The notes below the pieces were generated by a model. It was not told the origin of the DNA, made no database searches, and was given only the letters and a program-made list of their open reading frames with translations. From Octopus bimaculoides (lineage: Eukaryota): DNA of 64,000 bases. The stretch is from positions 8,905,764-8,969,763 of the forward strand of contig NC_068992.1 in the NCBI RefSeq assembly GCF_001194135.2. Direction: 5' to 3'. Position 1 is the first letter of the stretch, and the number at the start of each line of letters is the position of its first letter. The position numbers were made by a program, and so were the translations under genes. Of this stretch, positions 24,295 to 37,000 are shown piece after piece.

Positions 24295-24560
24295 ATATAG
24301 TGCACATAGCCTAGTGGTTAGGCTGTTGCACTCATGATTGTGAGATTGTAGTTTCAATTCCTAGCTCAAGTGGTGCATTGTGTTCTTAAGCAAAACACTC
24401 CATTTCACATTACTTTGCAATCACTGTCATCTGATATATGGTACACTGCACTTGTACAGGTAATGTCAATTTGATGGATAGAGTGACCTAAAGAACAGCA
24501 CAAACATTTGATCACCATAAACAGATCCTCTGTTCAGGTTGCTCAACAAAAAACTGTAGA
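24295..24560 (+). mobile_element. tRNA-derived SINE family 4 (degenerate)
   Basis: tagcctagtggttagg (A box-like) ... gtttcaattcc (B box-like), then gtgttcttaagcaaaacact. A reverse copy lies at about 12690-12830. Confidence 0.6.
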
Positions 24561-24856
24561 ATCATCTTTTTTAGAGTCAAGATACAAACTAAAAGAAGTG
24601 TTACAGCTGTGAAGCGGCCGAATGAGGAAAGGACAAATGACCGGCATCAGCACTCAGTAGATAGGAACAATTTCAAAGTGGAATTATTTTGCTGTAAAGA
24701 ATAAGACATCTAAGGTTTCAGGCAGATTCTGTGATGAAAGATTTTGTATAAAATGTTAAGATTTTTCTTTGTTCATGGTAAAATAATTTATTCTACTATG
24801 GCAACTTTTGGTTATTATACTGGTCAGAAAGAAGAGAGGAATCTGAAACCACTCAC

Positions 24857-24961
24857 CTGATAAACCTTTTCTGTGTTATCTGTCCTTCGTATTGTGACAA
24901 TACAAAGTGAATGATCAGGTAAGGAAACTTTCAACTCAACTTCATTGCAGCCACCATTTTC
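24857..24961 (-). CDS. SNX27: SNX27 exon, FERM F1/RA-like start (ENGGCNEVELKVSLPDHSLCIVTIRRTDNTEKVYQ), 105 nt
   Basis: Acceptor ttattgtag| and donor CAG|GTGAGT. Matches human DVELRVALPDG...TDQVYQ. Confidence 0.93.
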
Positions 24962-25045
24962 CTACAATAAAGCAGACAGTTACACAAATGAAGACAAGCA
25001 TATATATATATATATACATACAAACACACACACACACACACACAC

Positions 25046-25102
<57 letters not shown>

Positions 25103-25549
25103 AACACACACACACACACACACATAAATATTGAACAATGAGAATGAGTGCTCAAAACTACATTGATGGATAAAGGATTCTTTATTTGTCTGTTAAGGCT
25201 ACCATTGGTTTCATGTGAAAGAATATCTCAACAATTATGCAAGCCAATCACATAGATAAAATGGAGATGTACACCAATTTTTGTGATTGGCTTAAATAAT
25301 TATTGAGATATTTCTTTACATGGCAATAAGATGTAATTTTCTCTGAACATATTTTGTTGCTAAATACTCTGCATTTCTTAAAAATCTGCAAAAAAATAGC
25401 TGGATTTACGTGTCATGCATGAGGATTTACTTGGGGTAAGTATTCTACTCACATTTACTGGTATCTGATTGTTGAACATTTAACCAAATTCTTTTAATAC
25501 TGAGTGCTTTATTGATATCTGCCAGCATTTTTTAATCCTATTTTTACTT

Positions 25550-25625
<76 letters not shown>

Positions 25626-26558
25626 ATATATGTATATATATACAGTTTTTAACTTCGTTTAACACACTATTTAACAAATAGGATGAGCAGACTACCAGAC
25701 TGACTTGCCCAGACGTGATAACATAAATATTGGAAGGCAACGCATGAAATATGTATGTGTCTATGTATATTGGATGGTCAAGGCTGGAAAATCTTTGGTT
25801 GTATAGGTCTGCTCATCTGAGGCTAAATAACAACTTCAATGTTAAAATAACAGAGCTTCAAAGGAGCTGTAAAAGAATAGGAGAAGCTAGTATCTCCTAT
25901 TTAAGGGTCAGCAAGAGAGGGAGAGAAAGAGATGAACACACACACACACACAAACAATAATATATGCCTTTCCTTTTGCCAATTCTTACCTGTTTGCAAG
26001 TGAGGTAATATAGAGTCTGATGCGCTTCCATAAGGCTTTGGCTCTGTAGGCATGAAACTTTAGGCAACTCTATATAAGATTTTGTTGTAATAATTACTGC
26101 TCCATTTTTTAGAGTGTGCTTCTTTCTGATATGTGTTTTTTTATTAACTATATATATATATATTTTTATATATATAATGATGGCCACAAAAGTGGACATT
26201 TAATGTGCTAGAAATAGACCACATGTTGTGTCTACTAAGACCTAATAGTTCTCAAAAGAAATTCATCGAAATACCATTTAATGCCAGTTACCCATGTTGG
26301 CACAAATTGAACTACTAACACTGGTTGAGCCATAAGGAAGAATAACAGGATACACAAATATGGAAAAAGAAAGAGGTACAAGAAAAAGAGAGTAAAGAAA
26401 AGACAAAAACAAAAACGAGGAAGAGAAAGACGAACAGAAAGAGAGGAAGAGATAGAAGAATAAGGAGAAACAAATAATGTAAGACGTGAAAGAAGTGTTG
26501 GAAAGTAATTACATGTAGAAGCAGAAAACAAACAATTTCATGGTTTGTCAGTACTTAC

Positions 26559-26629
26559 CATATGGGAATCACTGGCTGCCAAGAATTCTTGAACTGTTTC
26601 ACTTTCTCCAATGACTCGTACTGCACAAA
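26559..26629 (-). CDS. SNX27: SNX27 exon, PX end (VCAVRVIGESETVQEFLAASDSHM), 71 nt
   Basis: Acceptor tctttatag| and donor ATG|GTAAG. Matches human VCSIRVIGESDIMQEFL. Confidence 0.93.
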
Positions 26630-27021
26630 CTATAAAGACAGAAGAAATATCATTGATCTTTGATAATTACTGATTTAAATGGACAACACAGCATATATGT
26701 GCCAACAAGGAAGCTAACATATAGTTGCTGAAATCTGCTAGAAACAGCAATGGAATCTCTCACAAATTACATACTAATGCTTTAAAAAGAGAAGAACAGA
26801 CATTGAACAAAATGTCACCTTTAGTATCAAGATTAATTGTTGTTGTTGTTGTTGTCACCAACATCGTCATGGGTTTAACAACTGATTTTTTTTTTCCTAG
26901 ACATATATTTTACAGATGCTTTATTTGAAAAACTGTGAATGTCAAAGAGAAGTGATAATGCAGGTAAACAACAAAAATGGCAACCGAATACACAATGTCG
27001 AGAGTATGTTGAATGCTTTAG

Positions 27022-27430
27022 TCTTTTATTCTTTTACTTGTTTCAGTCATTTGACTGCAGCCATGCTGGAGCACTGCCTTAAGAGGTTTTAGTCAAAACA
27101 AATTGACCCCCAGGACTTATTCTTTGTAAGTTTAGCACTTATTCTATCGGTCTCTTTTGCTGAACTGCTATGGTACAGGGATGTAAACACACCAACATCA
27201 GTTGTCAAGTAATGGAGGGGGGAGGACAAACACAGACACAAACACAAATATATACATATATGTATATGACAGGCTTCTTTCAGTTTCCGTCTACCAAATC
27301 TACTTACAAGGCTTTGGTTGGCCCAAGGCTATAGTAGAAGACACCTGCCAAAGGGGCCACACAGTGGGACTGAACCCAGAACCATGTGGTTGGGAAGCAA
27401 GCTTCTTACCACACAGCTACACCTGTCCCT
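27022..27430 (-). mobile_element. SINE family 1 copy
   Basis: Tail tcttttacttgtttcagtcatttgactgcagccatgctggagcac through head ccacacagctacacc. Confidence 0.85.
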
Positions 27431-27660
27431 TTGGTTGCTATTATGTCTACCAAATTTCATCTACAAAGCATTGGTCAGTATGAGACTATAGTACAAGACA
27501 TTTGCCAGACAGTAGAAATGAATTTAAAACCTCATACCCCATCACACATACACATTGCAAAACTATGTTAGCTGCTCCAGCTATAAACCTAATCAGTGTA
27601 TAGAAGGAGATGATTTCACATGATTATCGATCAGTTCACTGTCACAAGATTACCCAATCT

Positions 27661-28056
27661 CATCATCATCATCGTTTAACGTCCGCTTTCCATGCTAGCA
27701 TGGGTTGGACGATTTGACTGAGGACTGGTGAAACCGGATGGCAACACCAGGCTCCAGTCTGATTTGGCAGAGTTTCTACAGCTGGATGCCCTTCCTAACG
27801 CCAACCACTCAGAGAGTGTAGTGGGTGCTTTTACGTGTCACCCGCACGAAAATGGCCACGCTCGAAATGGTGTCTTTTATGTGCCACCCGCACAAGCCAG
27901 TCCAGGGGCACTGGCAACGATCTTACTTGGCTTGCCGGGTCTTCTCACGCACAGCACATTTCCAAAGGTCTCGGTCCGTAGTCATCGCCTCGGTGAGGCC
28001 CAATGTACGAAGGTCTTGCCTCACCACCTCAGCCCAGGTCTTCCTGGGCCTACCCC
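27661..28056 (-). mobile_element. Young 5'-truncated RTE-clade LINE: ORF2 C-terminus, 3' UTR and (GAT)n tail
   Basis: RGRPRKTWAEVVRQDLRTLGLTEAMTTDRDLWKCAVREKTRQAK* (ORF 27923..28147), then a 3' UTR ending GGAAAGCGGACGTTAAAC(GAT)n. Confidence 0.9.
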
Positions 28057-28295
28057 TTAATCTAAATAAACAATAGCAAGCAGATGATTGAGATATTGAG
28101 TTATCAATTCTCAGACCAAGGGTCCTAGTCGATACGCTTGCAATCAAGGGAAAGACTAAGCTAAAAGCACCTTAGAGCCAGGTGGTTAGGGTATGGAACT
28201 GAATGACAGATTATGTCTGCTTCCGATTGAGGGAAAAAAAGTTACTTTTTAAAAATGAAAAAAGTTAGAAAACAAAACTAAGTTTAAAAACCAAC

Positions 28296-28488
28296 CTTTT
28301 TCTAGATACTGTTCCAAACCTCTCCGCCGGGCATCGAGTTGTTGATCAGACAATGTGAAAAGTTTTTTACCAGGAAGTTTGGGGAAATTGAAATCTGTAA
28401 ATTCTCTTTTCAACTGACTGTGTAAGCAATCAAACTCTCGATACCTCCGTGAACACAAATGACGCCCAGCCATATAAATGTTAAACAC
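28296..28488 (-). CDS. SNX27: SNX27 exon, PX domain core ([19 protein letters not shown]...[14 protein letters not shown]), 193 nt
   Basis: Acceptor atttcag| and donor G|GTTGGT. RRYREF, PKLPGK and [11 protein letters not shown] motifs. ORF 28249..28488(-). Confidence 0.97.
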
Positions 28489-28553
28489 CTGAAATTATAT
28501 GAGCACACATTATATGTTAAATGTAAATCTCATTTCATATACATACATATATA

Positions 28554-28737
28554 CATCATCATCATCATCATCATCATCGTTTAACGTCCGCTTTCCATGC
28601 TAGCATGGGTTGGACGATTTGACTGAGGACTGGTGAAACCGGATGGCAACACCAGGCTCCAGTCTAATTTGACAGAGTTTCTACAGCTGGATGCCCTTCC
28701 TAACGCCAACCACTCAGAGAGTGTAGTGGGTGCTTAC
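28554..28737 (-). mobile_element. Young RTE 3' tail copy with 12-bp TSD ACATACATATAT
   Basis: 158-bp core differs from the 27661 copy at 2 positions. TSD at 28541-28552 and 28738-28749. Confidence 0.9.
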
Positions 28738-29039
28738 ACATACATATATGCAATATTGTGCATATCTGTGTGTGTGTGTGTGTGTGCACATGCATACATA
28801 CAATGAGCAGGATGATTGTTAATGGTTTGTTGTTAATGATATATATATACAAATCAGGCTGAAGAAAAAAAAAAAAATATATATATATATATATATAGAT
28901 ATAGAGAGAGAGAGAGAGAGAGAGAGAGGACAGTGAAGAACCAAGTAAGGTAAAAAAAAAACTATGATGTCCCTCACACCACAGTCAAATGATTCTGCCG
29001 ACACTTCAGTTGGCCCTTCAATGCCTCCTCTGTGTAAAC

Positions 29040-29310
29040 GAATCCCTCATTTCCAGTATAAACAGCCCTGTACGGACATATGATGCTTATGGAATGGACA
29101 GTTGATTGAAAAAGTGACAAATGATCCGTGTTGGAGGAATCTGCAGAGGAGGAAGACCGGAGAAGACATGGGGAAAAGTGGTAAAGGCTGATCTTAAAAG
29201 GTCTAAATTTCATCAAGCTGACAAATGACTACAACAAGTGTTAAAGAAACACCTGCCCAACCACCCATGCAAGCATGGAAAAGTGAATGGCAGAATAGTG
29301 ATGATAATAA
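29040..29310 (+). mobile_element. Old RTE-type LINE ORF2 C-terminal fragment
   Basis: RGGRPEKTWGKVVKADL motif and a degenerate catgcaagcatggaaaag tail. Confidence 0.6.
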
Positions 29311-30429
29311 AATGCTGGGTCATCTTCGAATACAACATTCTACATTTCAAGTTTTAAATTAACTGTCAAGACATCCAATGTAAATGGTAGTAGACAAAAC
29401 AAGCACTAATTTGAGACAAAAAGGAACAATAAGCCAACTAATGTCAGTAGGTGTGTTGCTCTGTTTCAGTTTTAAATTGATGCTTAAAATGTCTACATAC
29501 CAATTTGAATGGTATCTTTGAAATAGAAAGAAAGAGAGAAAAAAAATTTAGAGTAAAGAAATGTAGAAATATTAATTAGATGTTGTTAGATATTTTCCTG
29601 GATATATGACAGGAAAATTACTGGAAAATTATGTTTCAACAAGAAATATACTTGAAACTTTATTCAACAATAATAATTTTATACAGAATGGTTTTCCAAT
29701 TTATTCTAAAAATGATTGAAAATTTTTTTAATCAAATCAACACCTATTTTGTTTTTTAGTTACTTTTTTTTTTTAACTCCACCACAGATTTAATGGTAAG
29801 AAATAAGGAATAATGATATTGATTCTTTTCCCAAAGTTACATTTACAGAATAAGGTGCTTTGAGAATTCAATATCATACCATAATAGCACATTTTCTTCC
29901 CATCAAAATGCATTGGGTATGTTGAAGTACCCATCACATACCCATTAAACAGTTCACTGTGAAATTAATTCTCAACGTTATTCTCAATAATGGTATCAAA
30001 TACCTACTAAAAAATAGAATTGGTATATTCTGCTAGTCACACTGCTTCAAAAAACTTGACACATCTCACCAAAATTAGTTTCAAACCTGACAATCCTCAA
30101 CAAGAGAGAGGTTGGTATATCTATCTGATTTCTACAGTAAAAGGGTTAATCATAATATAAACTGATTCCAGAAATTAGCTATTTTCTTTTATTCCTCAAC
30201 CTCAGAAAGGTGAAAACCAAAGCTGACCACGATGAGATTTGAATTTAGAACATCAAAAGGCGAGAGATGCAGGAGTGGCTGTGTGGTAAGTAGGTGAAAC
30301 TCAGAGTAACAAGAGACTTCTTGACCACAATAAAATATACATTATTAATCTCTACTATGGTATTGAGTACTCTTTATTTTTGAAAACATATCTCTGCAAA
30401 TTTTCGTTAAAAAAGTATGCATTATTAAG

Positions 30430-30564
30430 AAATCCACTCACAAGGCTTTGGTCAGCCTGAGACTATAGTAGAAGACACTTGCCCAAGGTGCCAAGCAGTG
30501 GGACTGAACCTGGAACCATGTGGTTGGTAAGCAAGCTACTTACCACACAGCCACTCCTGCATCT
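30430..30564 (-). mobile_element. SINE family 1, 5' half
   Basis: gaagacacttgcccaaggtgcc ... ctacttaccacacagccactcctgcatct. Confidence 0.85.
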
Positions 30565-31499
30565 ATGTCAAGTTTATTGAGGCAACCTTGAGTTGCAGAA
30601 AATACCAATTTCTATTTTTTGGTAGGTATTTAACATCATTACTGAAATAATCATGAAATTTAATTTTGCAGTTGATGGATTAAATGGATTCTGATAACTG
30701 TAATCCTGATCAATTAGATGGCCAGTGGTTTTTAGCCATTGAAATTAACATAACTGCCATGACAGCTCATTCACTTTGATCTGCTAACAAGAAACCCACC
30801 AACTCTTGCCATTCTAAACTTCAAACTACATCTAGCCATTACATTATGTAAAAATTCAGCTGATCTTTGAAACCTGCTGCCAGTTCAGAGATACTGGATT
30901 TGTCACAAAAGGCCGTTCCCTTTGATCTGCAAGAACAACACCAACCCACCTAAACATACTATTTACATCTTAGCGCTACATCCTTACCGTGTTACCCCAC
31001 ATTGCTTGTTTGCCATTGGCTTTATAGATGTATAATAGATAAATATGATATATTCCTGTGTACTAATTCTGCAAGCAGAAAGCAATATATTTGTCAAAAG
31101 AGCAGTAGTTTGCAGCATATTAATCAGTAAAATCTGTATTTCATTCAAGCATTCTATTTGAACATGAAGTAAGCAGTAATCTCGCCATTCTTTGATTGCA
31201 ATTTTCTGTTCAGAAAAACATTTTGTTTTTATAAACCACATGAAGCGAAATTCTCCAGCTTTTGCTAACTTTCCTTTCAACTAACAGCCTCTTTGTGAGT
31301 GCGGATGCCACAATATGCACTGGCTAACATTACAGGAAAGCACATTGAATTATGTGTCATTGTCAAACAGCTTGCAACAGAACAAATTTTGCAAGCATAT
31401 TGAATTATTTTCTGATAGGTTTTAAAATTGAAGGAAATAAGCCATGATTTATATATGTCACTATGGAAACTTTTATGAGATCATGAATTCCTTAAAACC

Positions 31500-32230
31500 A
31501 ATCCAACAAATACTGGATTATCATTTGGATTATGTAATACAGCAGGGGCTGGCAATAAAACGTTACTGCTGTATAAGGAACTTTCTAAAGACCGAAAGAA
31601 ATAATTCTTTCATCACAGGAATCAGATTTAGTCAATTTTCTGACTGAAGAGAGACATTTGTGATAAATTTATCTCACTGAATTCTTTAGCAAGTCAATAC
31701 TCTCAACTTGTCCCTTCAGGGAAAGCATTTAAATATGTTTCTGCAAAATGGAAAAAGAGTGCATTTTGGGAGAAACTGAGGAATTATGTTTCACTGATAT
31801 CTCTTCAAACTTTTTTCAGAAGCCACAGAAATTGCAGAGGTTGCCACGAATACCTTTCTAGAACATCCTGGAAAAGTGTGTGGTTTTCTGAGATACCATA
31901 TAAGAAGTACAGTTGGGTAGTGAATCCATTTGTGTGTGTTATTGAAGACTTACCACAAGAATTAAAAAAGAAAAATGATGATGATGATGATGAAATTATT
32001 GATACGAAAACTGTAAGTACTTTGAAAATGCTGTTTCAGCCCTTTAATTTTCAAAACTTCAGGTGTGAATTTATATCCACTTAACAGCAGCCTCTAAGTT
32101 GCTCTTAGAAGTCAATATAAATCCTAATTTTATTTGGCTGAAAAGGTGTGTATGAAGCAGCAAGTTTTTTTTAATTTAGCAAGTATAAAAATGAGATACA
32201 GAAGTTGTTTAGACATTTTGGTAGCCTGTT
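31500..32230 (+). mobile_element. Highly degenerate hAT (Buster/Charlie-like) transposase remnant
   Basis: Colinear motifs NTLNLSLQGK (~31696), YSWVVNPF, EIID...LKMLF and SIKMRYRSCLD (~32181), interrupted by stops and frameshifts. Confidence 0.55.
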
Positions 32231-32454
32231 TCTATTAAAATATACTGCTTTTATTTCAATTAAATGTGAAAATAGGGAAGAATTAAGTAAAATAACTTAG
32301 CTATTTATTAAGCTAAAATCTGGAACATAAATTGTCATGAAAAGCATTATTTAAATGGTTTTAAAACAGGGAGTTTTTGTCACAGAACCAGAGATGGTCT
32401 CCAGTGGTTTGGTATCAAAAGAGCTGGAAGTAGATGATGACAGACTACGGCCAT

Positions 32455-32780
32455 ACTGGAGCAATGCCTTGATAGGTTTTAGTCAAATAAATCGACTGCA
32501 GAACTTATTTTTTAAGCCTAGTACTTATTCTATCAGTCTCTTTTGCCAAACCACTACGTTACGGGGATGTAAACACACCAACACCAATTGTCAAGCAGTG
32601 ATGGAGGGACAAACACAGATACATAGATGGGTTTCTTTCAGTTTCCATCCAATAAATCCACTCACAAGGCTTTGGTCGGCCCGAGGCTATAGTAGAAGAC
32701 ACTTGTCCAAGGTGCCACGCAGTGGGACTGAACTTGGAACCATGTGGGTAGGAGGCAAGCTTCTTACCACATAGCCAAGC
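32455..32780 (-). mobile_element. SINE family 1 copy
   Basis: Same body and head motifs. Accounts for spurious ORF 32355..32774. Confidence 0.8.
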
Positions 32781-33814
32781 TTCACCTAAGAATCAATAAC
32801 ATCATAGATTTTATAACTGTGAGTAATTTTACTTTTGGTTAAATTACGTATATTGTAACTTTCCACTTTTTAAACTTATCCAAAATCATGGCAATGAAAA
32901 TATTCAAACAGAGCTAATTTGTCAAGAATAGTCACTAAAAAGATACTAAAAATTTAAAAATAAACGGCTGAAACTAATAAAAGAACTAAATATAAAACTA
33001 TACTTTTAACATAAACTGACAAAATATAAATATCATAAATATTTTTATTAATATTTTCCAAATGTATATATATGCATTATAAAACTGAAGTATTCTTTCA
33101 TGAAAACATAATAAAAGTGAATCTTGTTTATATTTTAAAATGATGGATATTATGTTCTTCTTTCATGAATTATTTACATTTCTGAATACACAATATACAC
33201 AATACAAAACACATTTCAATAGGTATAACTAAAATTTTAGTGGCTCCACCTCAATTTGTTTCCTCATAAATTTCTTAATAATGCATACTTTTTTAACGAA
33301 AATTTGCAGAGATATGTTTTCAAAACTATAGATAATGTTTCTGCTGATGGAATTTATCTAAAAAATAGTTTTATTTTTATCAGAAAAGTTTGCATCTTTC
33401 TTTAACCATTCAAAAAAAATTTCCTGATGATCACTGAACAGCACGTGTGTCTATGTAGTAAGTAGTTTGTTTCCCAACCACATGATGAAGGTTCAATCCC
33501 ACTGTGTGACTCATTGGGCAAGTGTCTTCTGATATAGCTCCGGGCTAACCAAAGCCTTGCGAGAGCATCTGCGAGATGGAAACTGAAAGAAGCTTGTCAC
33601 GTAATTGTGTGTGTGATCTTTGTAAATGATTGTCACTCCCACACAGAAGGAGCCATTCATTTCCAATATACAACGAAAATATGTGAGGCCATGGGGAAAC
33701 ATTGCTCTGCTTAGAAATAGGTATGAGTTGACAACTGGATGTACATCCAACCACAGAAAATCTGCCTCAACAAATTTTGTTCAATGCATGCAAGCACGAA
33801 AAAGTGCATGTTGA

Positions 33815-34038
33815 CCCTTTAACATTCAGATTACTCTGTTAAATGTTATGTTTATATATATATTCACATTATTTTGAATTACTCTGCATTGTCTTGTAGC
33901 ATTGAGATTTTGATGATGTGATTGTTTATTCTTAGAATAACATCGGGGTGAAGATCTTAGAGGCTGGATCTGGTCAGTTTGAATATAAAACAGGAAGAAT
34001 ATTTGAGCTGAATATGGCCAGTTTTAAAGAGTAAAGGA
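33815..34038 (+). mobile_element. piggyBac-like MITE, second copy
   Basis: TTGA|CCCTTTAACATTCAGATTA ... AGTAAAGGA|TTAA. Shares internal sequence (gaggctggatc, gtttgaa(c/t)ataaaac) with 19043-19228. Confidence 0.6.
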
Positions 34039-37000
34039 TTAAAACAATAATGATGATGACTAGTCAATTATAATGTTCTCTTGCAGATTTGCTGTCTTTG
34101 TCTTCTATCAAAATGAGAAACCCCTATTTAGCTGGGCTAAAAAACGAACCTCTACATTGTCATTCAATCCACAAGAAATAGCAATGCAATCTTCTTCAAA
34201 GCACACACGAATGTGCTTTATCTTATAGATGGAAGATACCAGTAAATAATCTCTTAGATTCATCATCATCATCATCATTATCATTTAACATCTACGTTCC
34301 ATGCAGGCAAGGGCTGAATGGTTTGTTAGGATCTGACAGGCCCAAAGACTACATCATGTTCCAGTGCCTGCTTTGGTATGGTTTCTACAGCTGGATGCCC
34401 ATCTTAACACCAATCCCTTTACAGCATGCAATGGGCGCTTTATATTAGATTATTAGATATACTCTGTCTGAATATAAGATGGAGGTAGTTCACAGAAAAC
34501 CTTTGATAAAAGGGTTGACCTGAATTCAGATAACAATAACCAATATTGAGGGGAAAATATTGGGAATTTCCATAATATTTTCAGCTCTGGTTTCAAAGAA
34601 ATACAACTCAATTAAGGAGCCTCTATATATTCACTTGACCAGCTAGAAAAAGCAACAAAATCTTCTTCAGATCAAACTTTATCAACTGAAATAAAGACAG
34701 ATATACCAAACAGTCAAATTTCCAATGTATAAAAAGTAAGAGACGGTTCCAGCAAGAATACTTTTGATCAGAGTTGATCTAGGATTAAATGCCAACAACT
34801 GCAAGATATTTATTAATATGGCAATTAAAGTGTTCCTTTATTTGGAGGTGGTGGGTAGAGAAATCACACGCACCTCAACAGACACACCCTGTAACGTGTG
34901 TTTACAACAGGATATATCAGTTCACGTCTGTTGCACATGTTCCTCATAATCAAGTTAAAAATAGTTGCTTCTACGTGAAATTTCTGGCATCGGTACATTG
35001 AAGGCTGCTGATATTCTTTGTAAATTATAAGACTTCAATGCTCAATAAATCTAAAGTATAGACAGTTGATATGAATTCAATATATTCTGTCTGAAAAAGT
35101 TTTGTATCAAACTTAGAATTAGTTATATCAATATATTGTTTTGTTCCCTAATGTGGAGTAATCAATTATTTTTTCCTCCCCAAACTATACACATTCACAG
35201 TCATCATTTGAATCAAAGGTACAACTGAAATTAATTTCAATAATTTAGTGGATGAACTTCAGAAACTAAAAAAAAAAAATAAAACAACATTTTTTTTAAA
35301 AAATCAATTCTAATATACAAACTATAATATGGAGAAGGTCATTTGGATGGTAGCTAAATACATAATGACTTCACAATACATTTTGCTAGCTAAAGACAAT
35401 GCCTCTATGTGGTTGCTTGATCTGCAAGAAATAATAGCTAAATTTTCACAAATCATACATTGTATAATATAGTCCTAAATACTGAATAAAACAAAGACGG
35501 TTGCAGCTGGAATGCCTTTGGCTATAGCCTTCTCAATCAGTGCCGACATGAGGCTACACAACAACAATACCCTTTACATACAATGATCCAACTCAGAGCA
35601 GTTTGGATACTTGACAATTCAGCTGTTTTGTTATATATTATAGTTTAATTATTCCTTTTCATATCATTACCCCTCCCCCCAACCACCTTTAATAACATTT
35701 TGTATCTTCTGAAACATCTTCACCACCATCTTGTCTCTCTTTTCCAACTGGGGTAACCACGTATTTCCACTACAGCAAGACTACTGTTCCAGTCCTGCTA
35801 TCTTACTTTAACCTCACATCACCTGGCATCAAGCCACCTCCTTCAATACTACTCCCCACTTCAGTTGAGGAGTCTTGTCTAGTCAATTTCTTAGGGACCT
35901 CACTGCTGCTGGCGCCACATAAAAAACACCCAGCACACTCTGTAAAATGATTGGCATTAAAGAAGGGCATTCAACTGTAGAAACCTGCTCAAAGTGCTGT
36001 GCAGTGGGACTGAATCTGAAAGCATAAGATTAGGAAGCAATCATTCATCTTTATAACTTAGAACCCAAAGACTATTTGCTTTTATTTAATCCAATTCAAA
36101 TGTTCCCCATAATGATTTCAAATTTTGGTAGAAAGTCTACAATTTTAGGGAAGGAGTTAGTCAGTTATATCAACTCAACTGGTACTTATTTCATTGGCTC
36201 TGAAAGACAAAGATGATCTCGGCAGAATTTGAACTGAGAATGTAAAGAGCCTGAAGAAATGCTGCTAATCATTTTGTCCAATGCACTAATGATTCTGCCA
36301 GCTTGGTACTTTGAATGTTCCATATAATAATGGCAAAAACTGATTGTTATGCAAGAAAAGAAAAAGGAGACAAAATGTGATGAAATTAAAGCATTTTTGC
36401 TTTAAATATAATAATGTGTATTTTGTAAGTTATATCATATAATACAATATTGGTTCACTAACCCATTTTATACAATGATATTTAAACAAAATTTGAATAA
36501 CATTATATTTTATATTTTATCTGTACATAACTATAATTAGAGTAGTTCTGAGGCAAATTCTATAATAGATTTATGTAAAAATCTTTTATTTAGCTATATT
36601 CCAAACACCACTTTAATATATTAATATATCAATAAAAAAAATTATAGTTTCATGAAATCAGTCTACATTATTTTAAGAATTTAAATGAAACACACAGGTG
36701 TGTATTTTGGTTAGAAATATAGTTAATGAAAGGGTTAGAGGTATATTGAATTAGTATAATGGTAAATTGGAATTAAAAGACAAAAGATTATGTTAATAAT
36801 CAGGAAAATTTTAACCAGTAAAAGTTTCTGGCTGTAAACAAATGTTCTGTTAACTGCAAGTAGAAGTGAGTTACATTTTCGAGATAAATGCAAAAGAATT
36901 TGTACTTTGGGAAAATGAGGATGTGAAGATAAAAAGAAATGAAATTGGAAATATGTCAAGAACAAAGGAAAAGAGAAAAGCTAGGGAGAGTGGCCAGATT

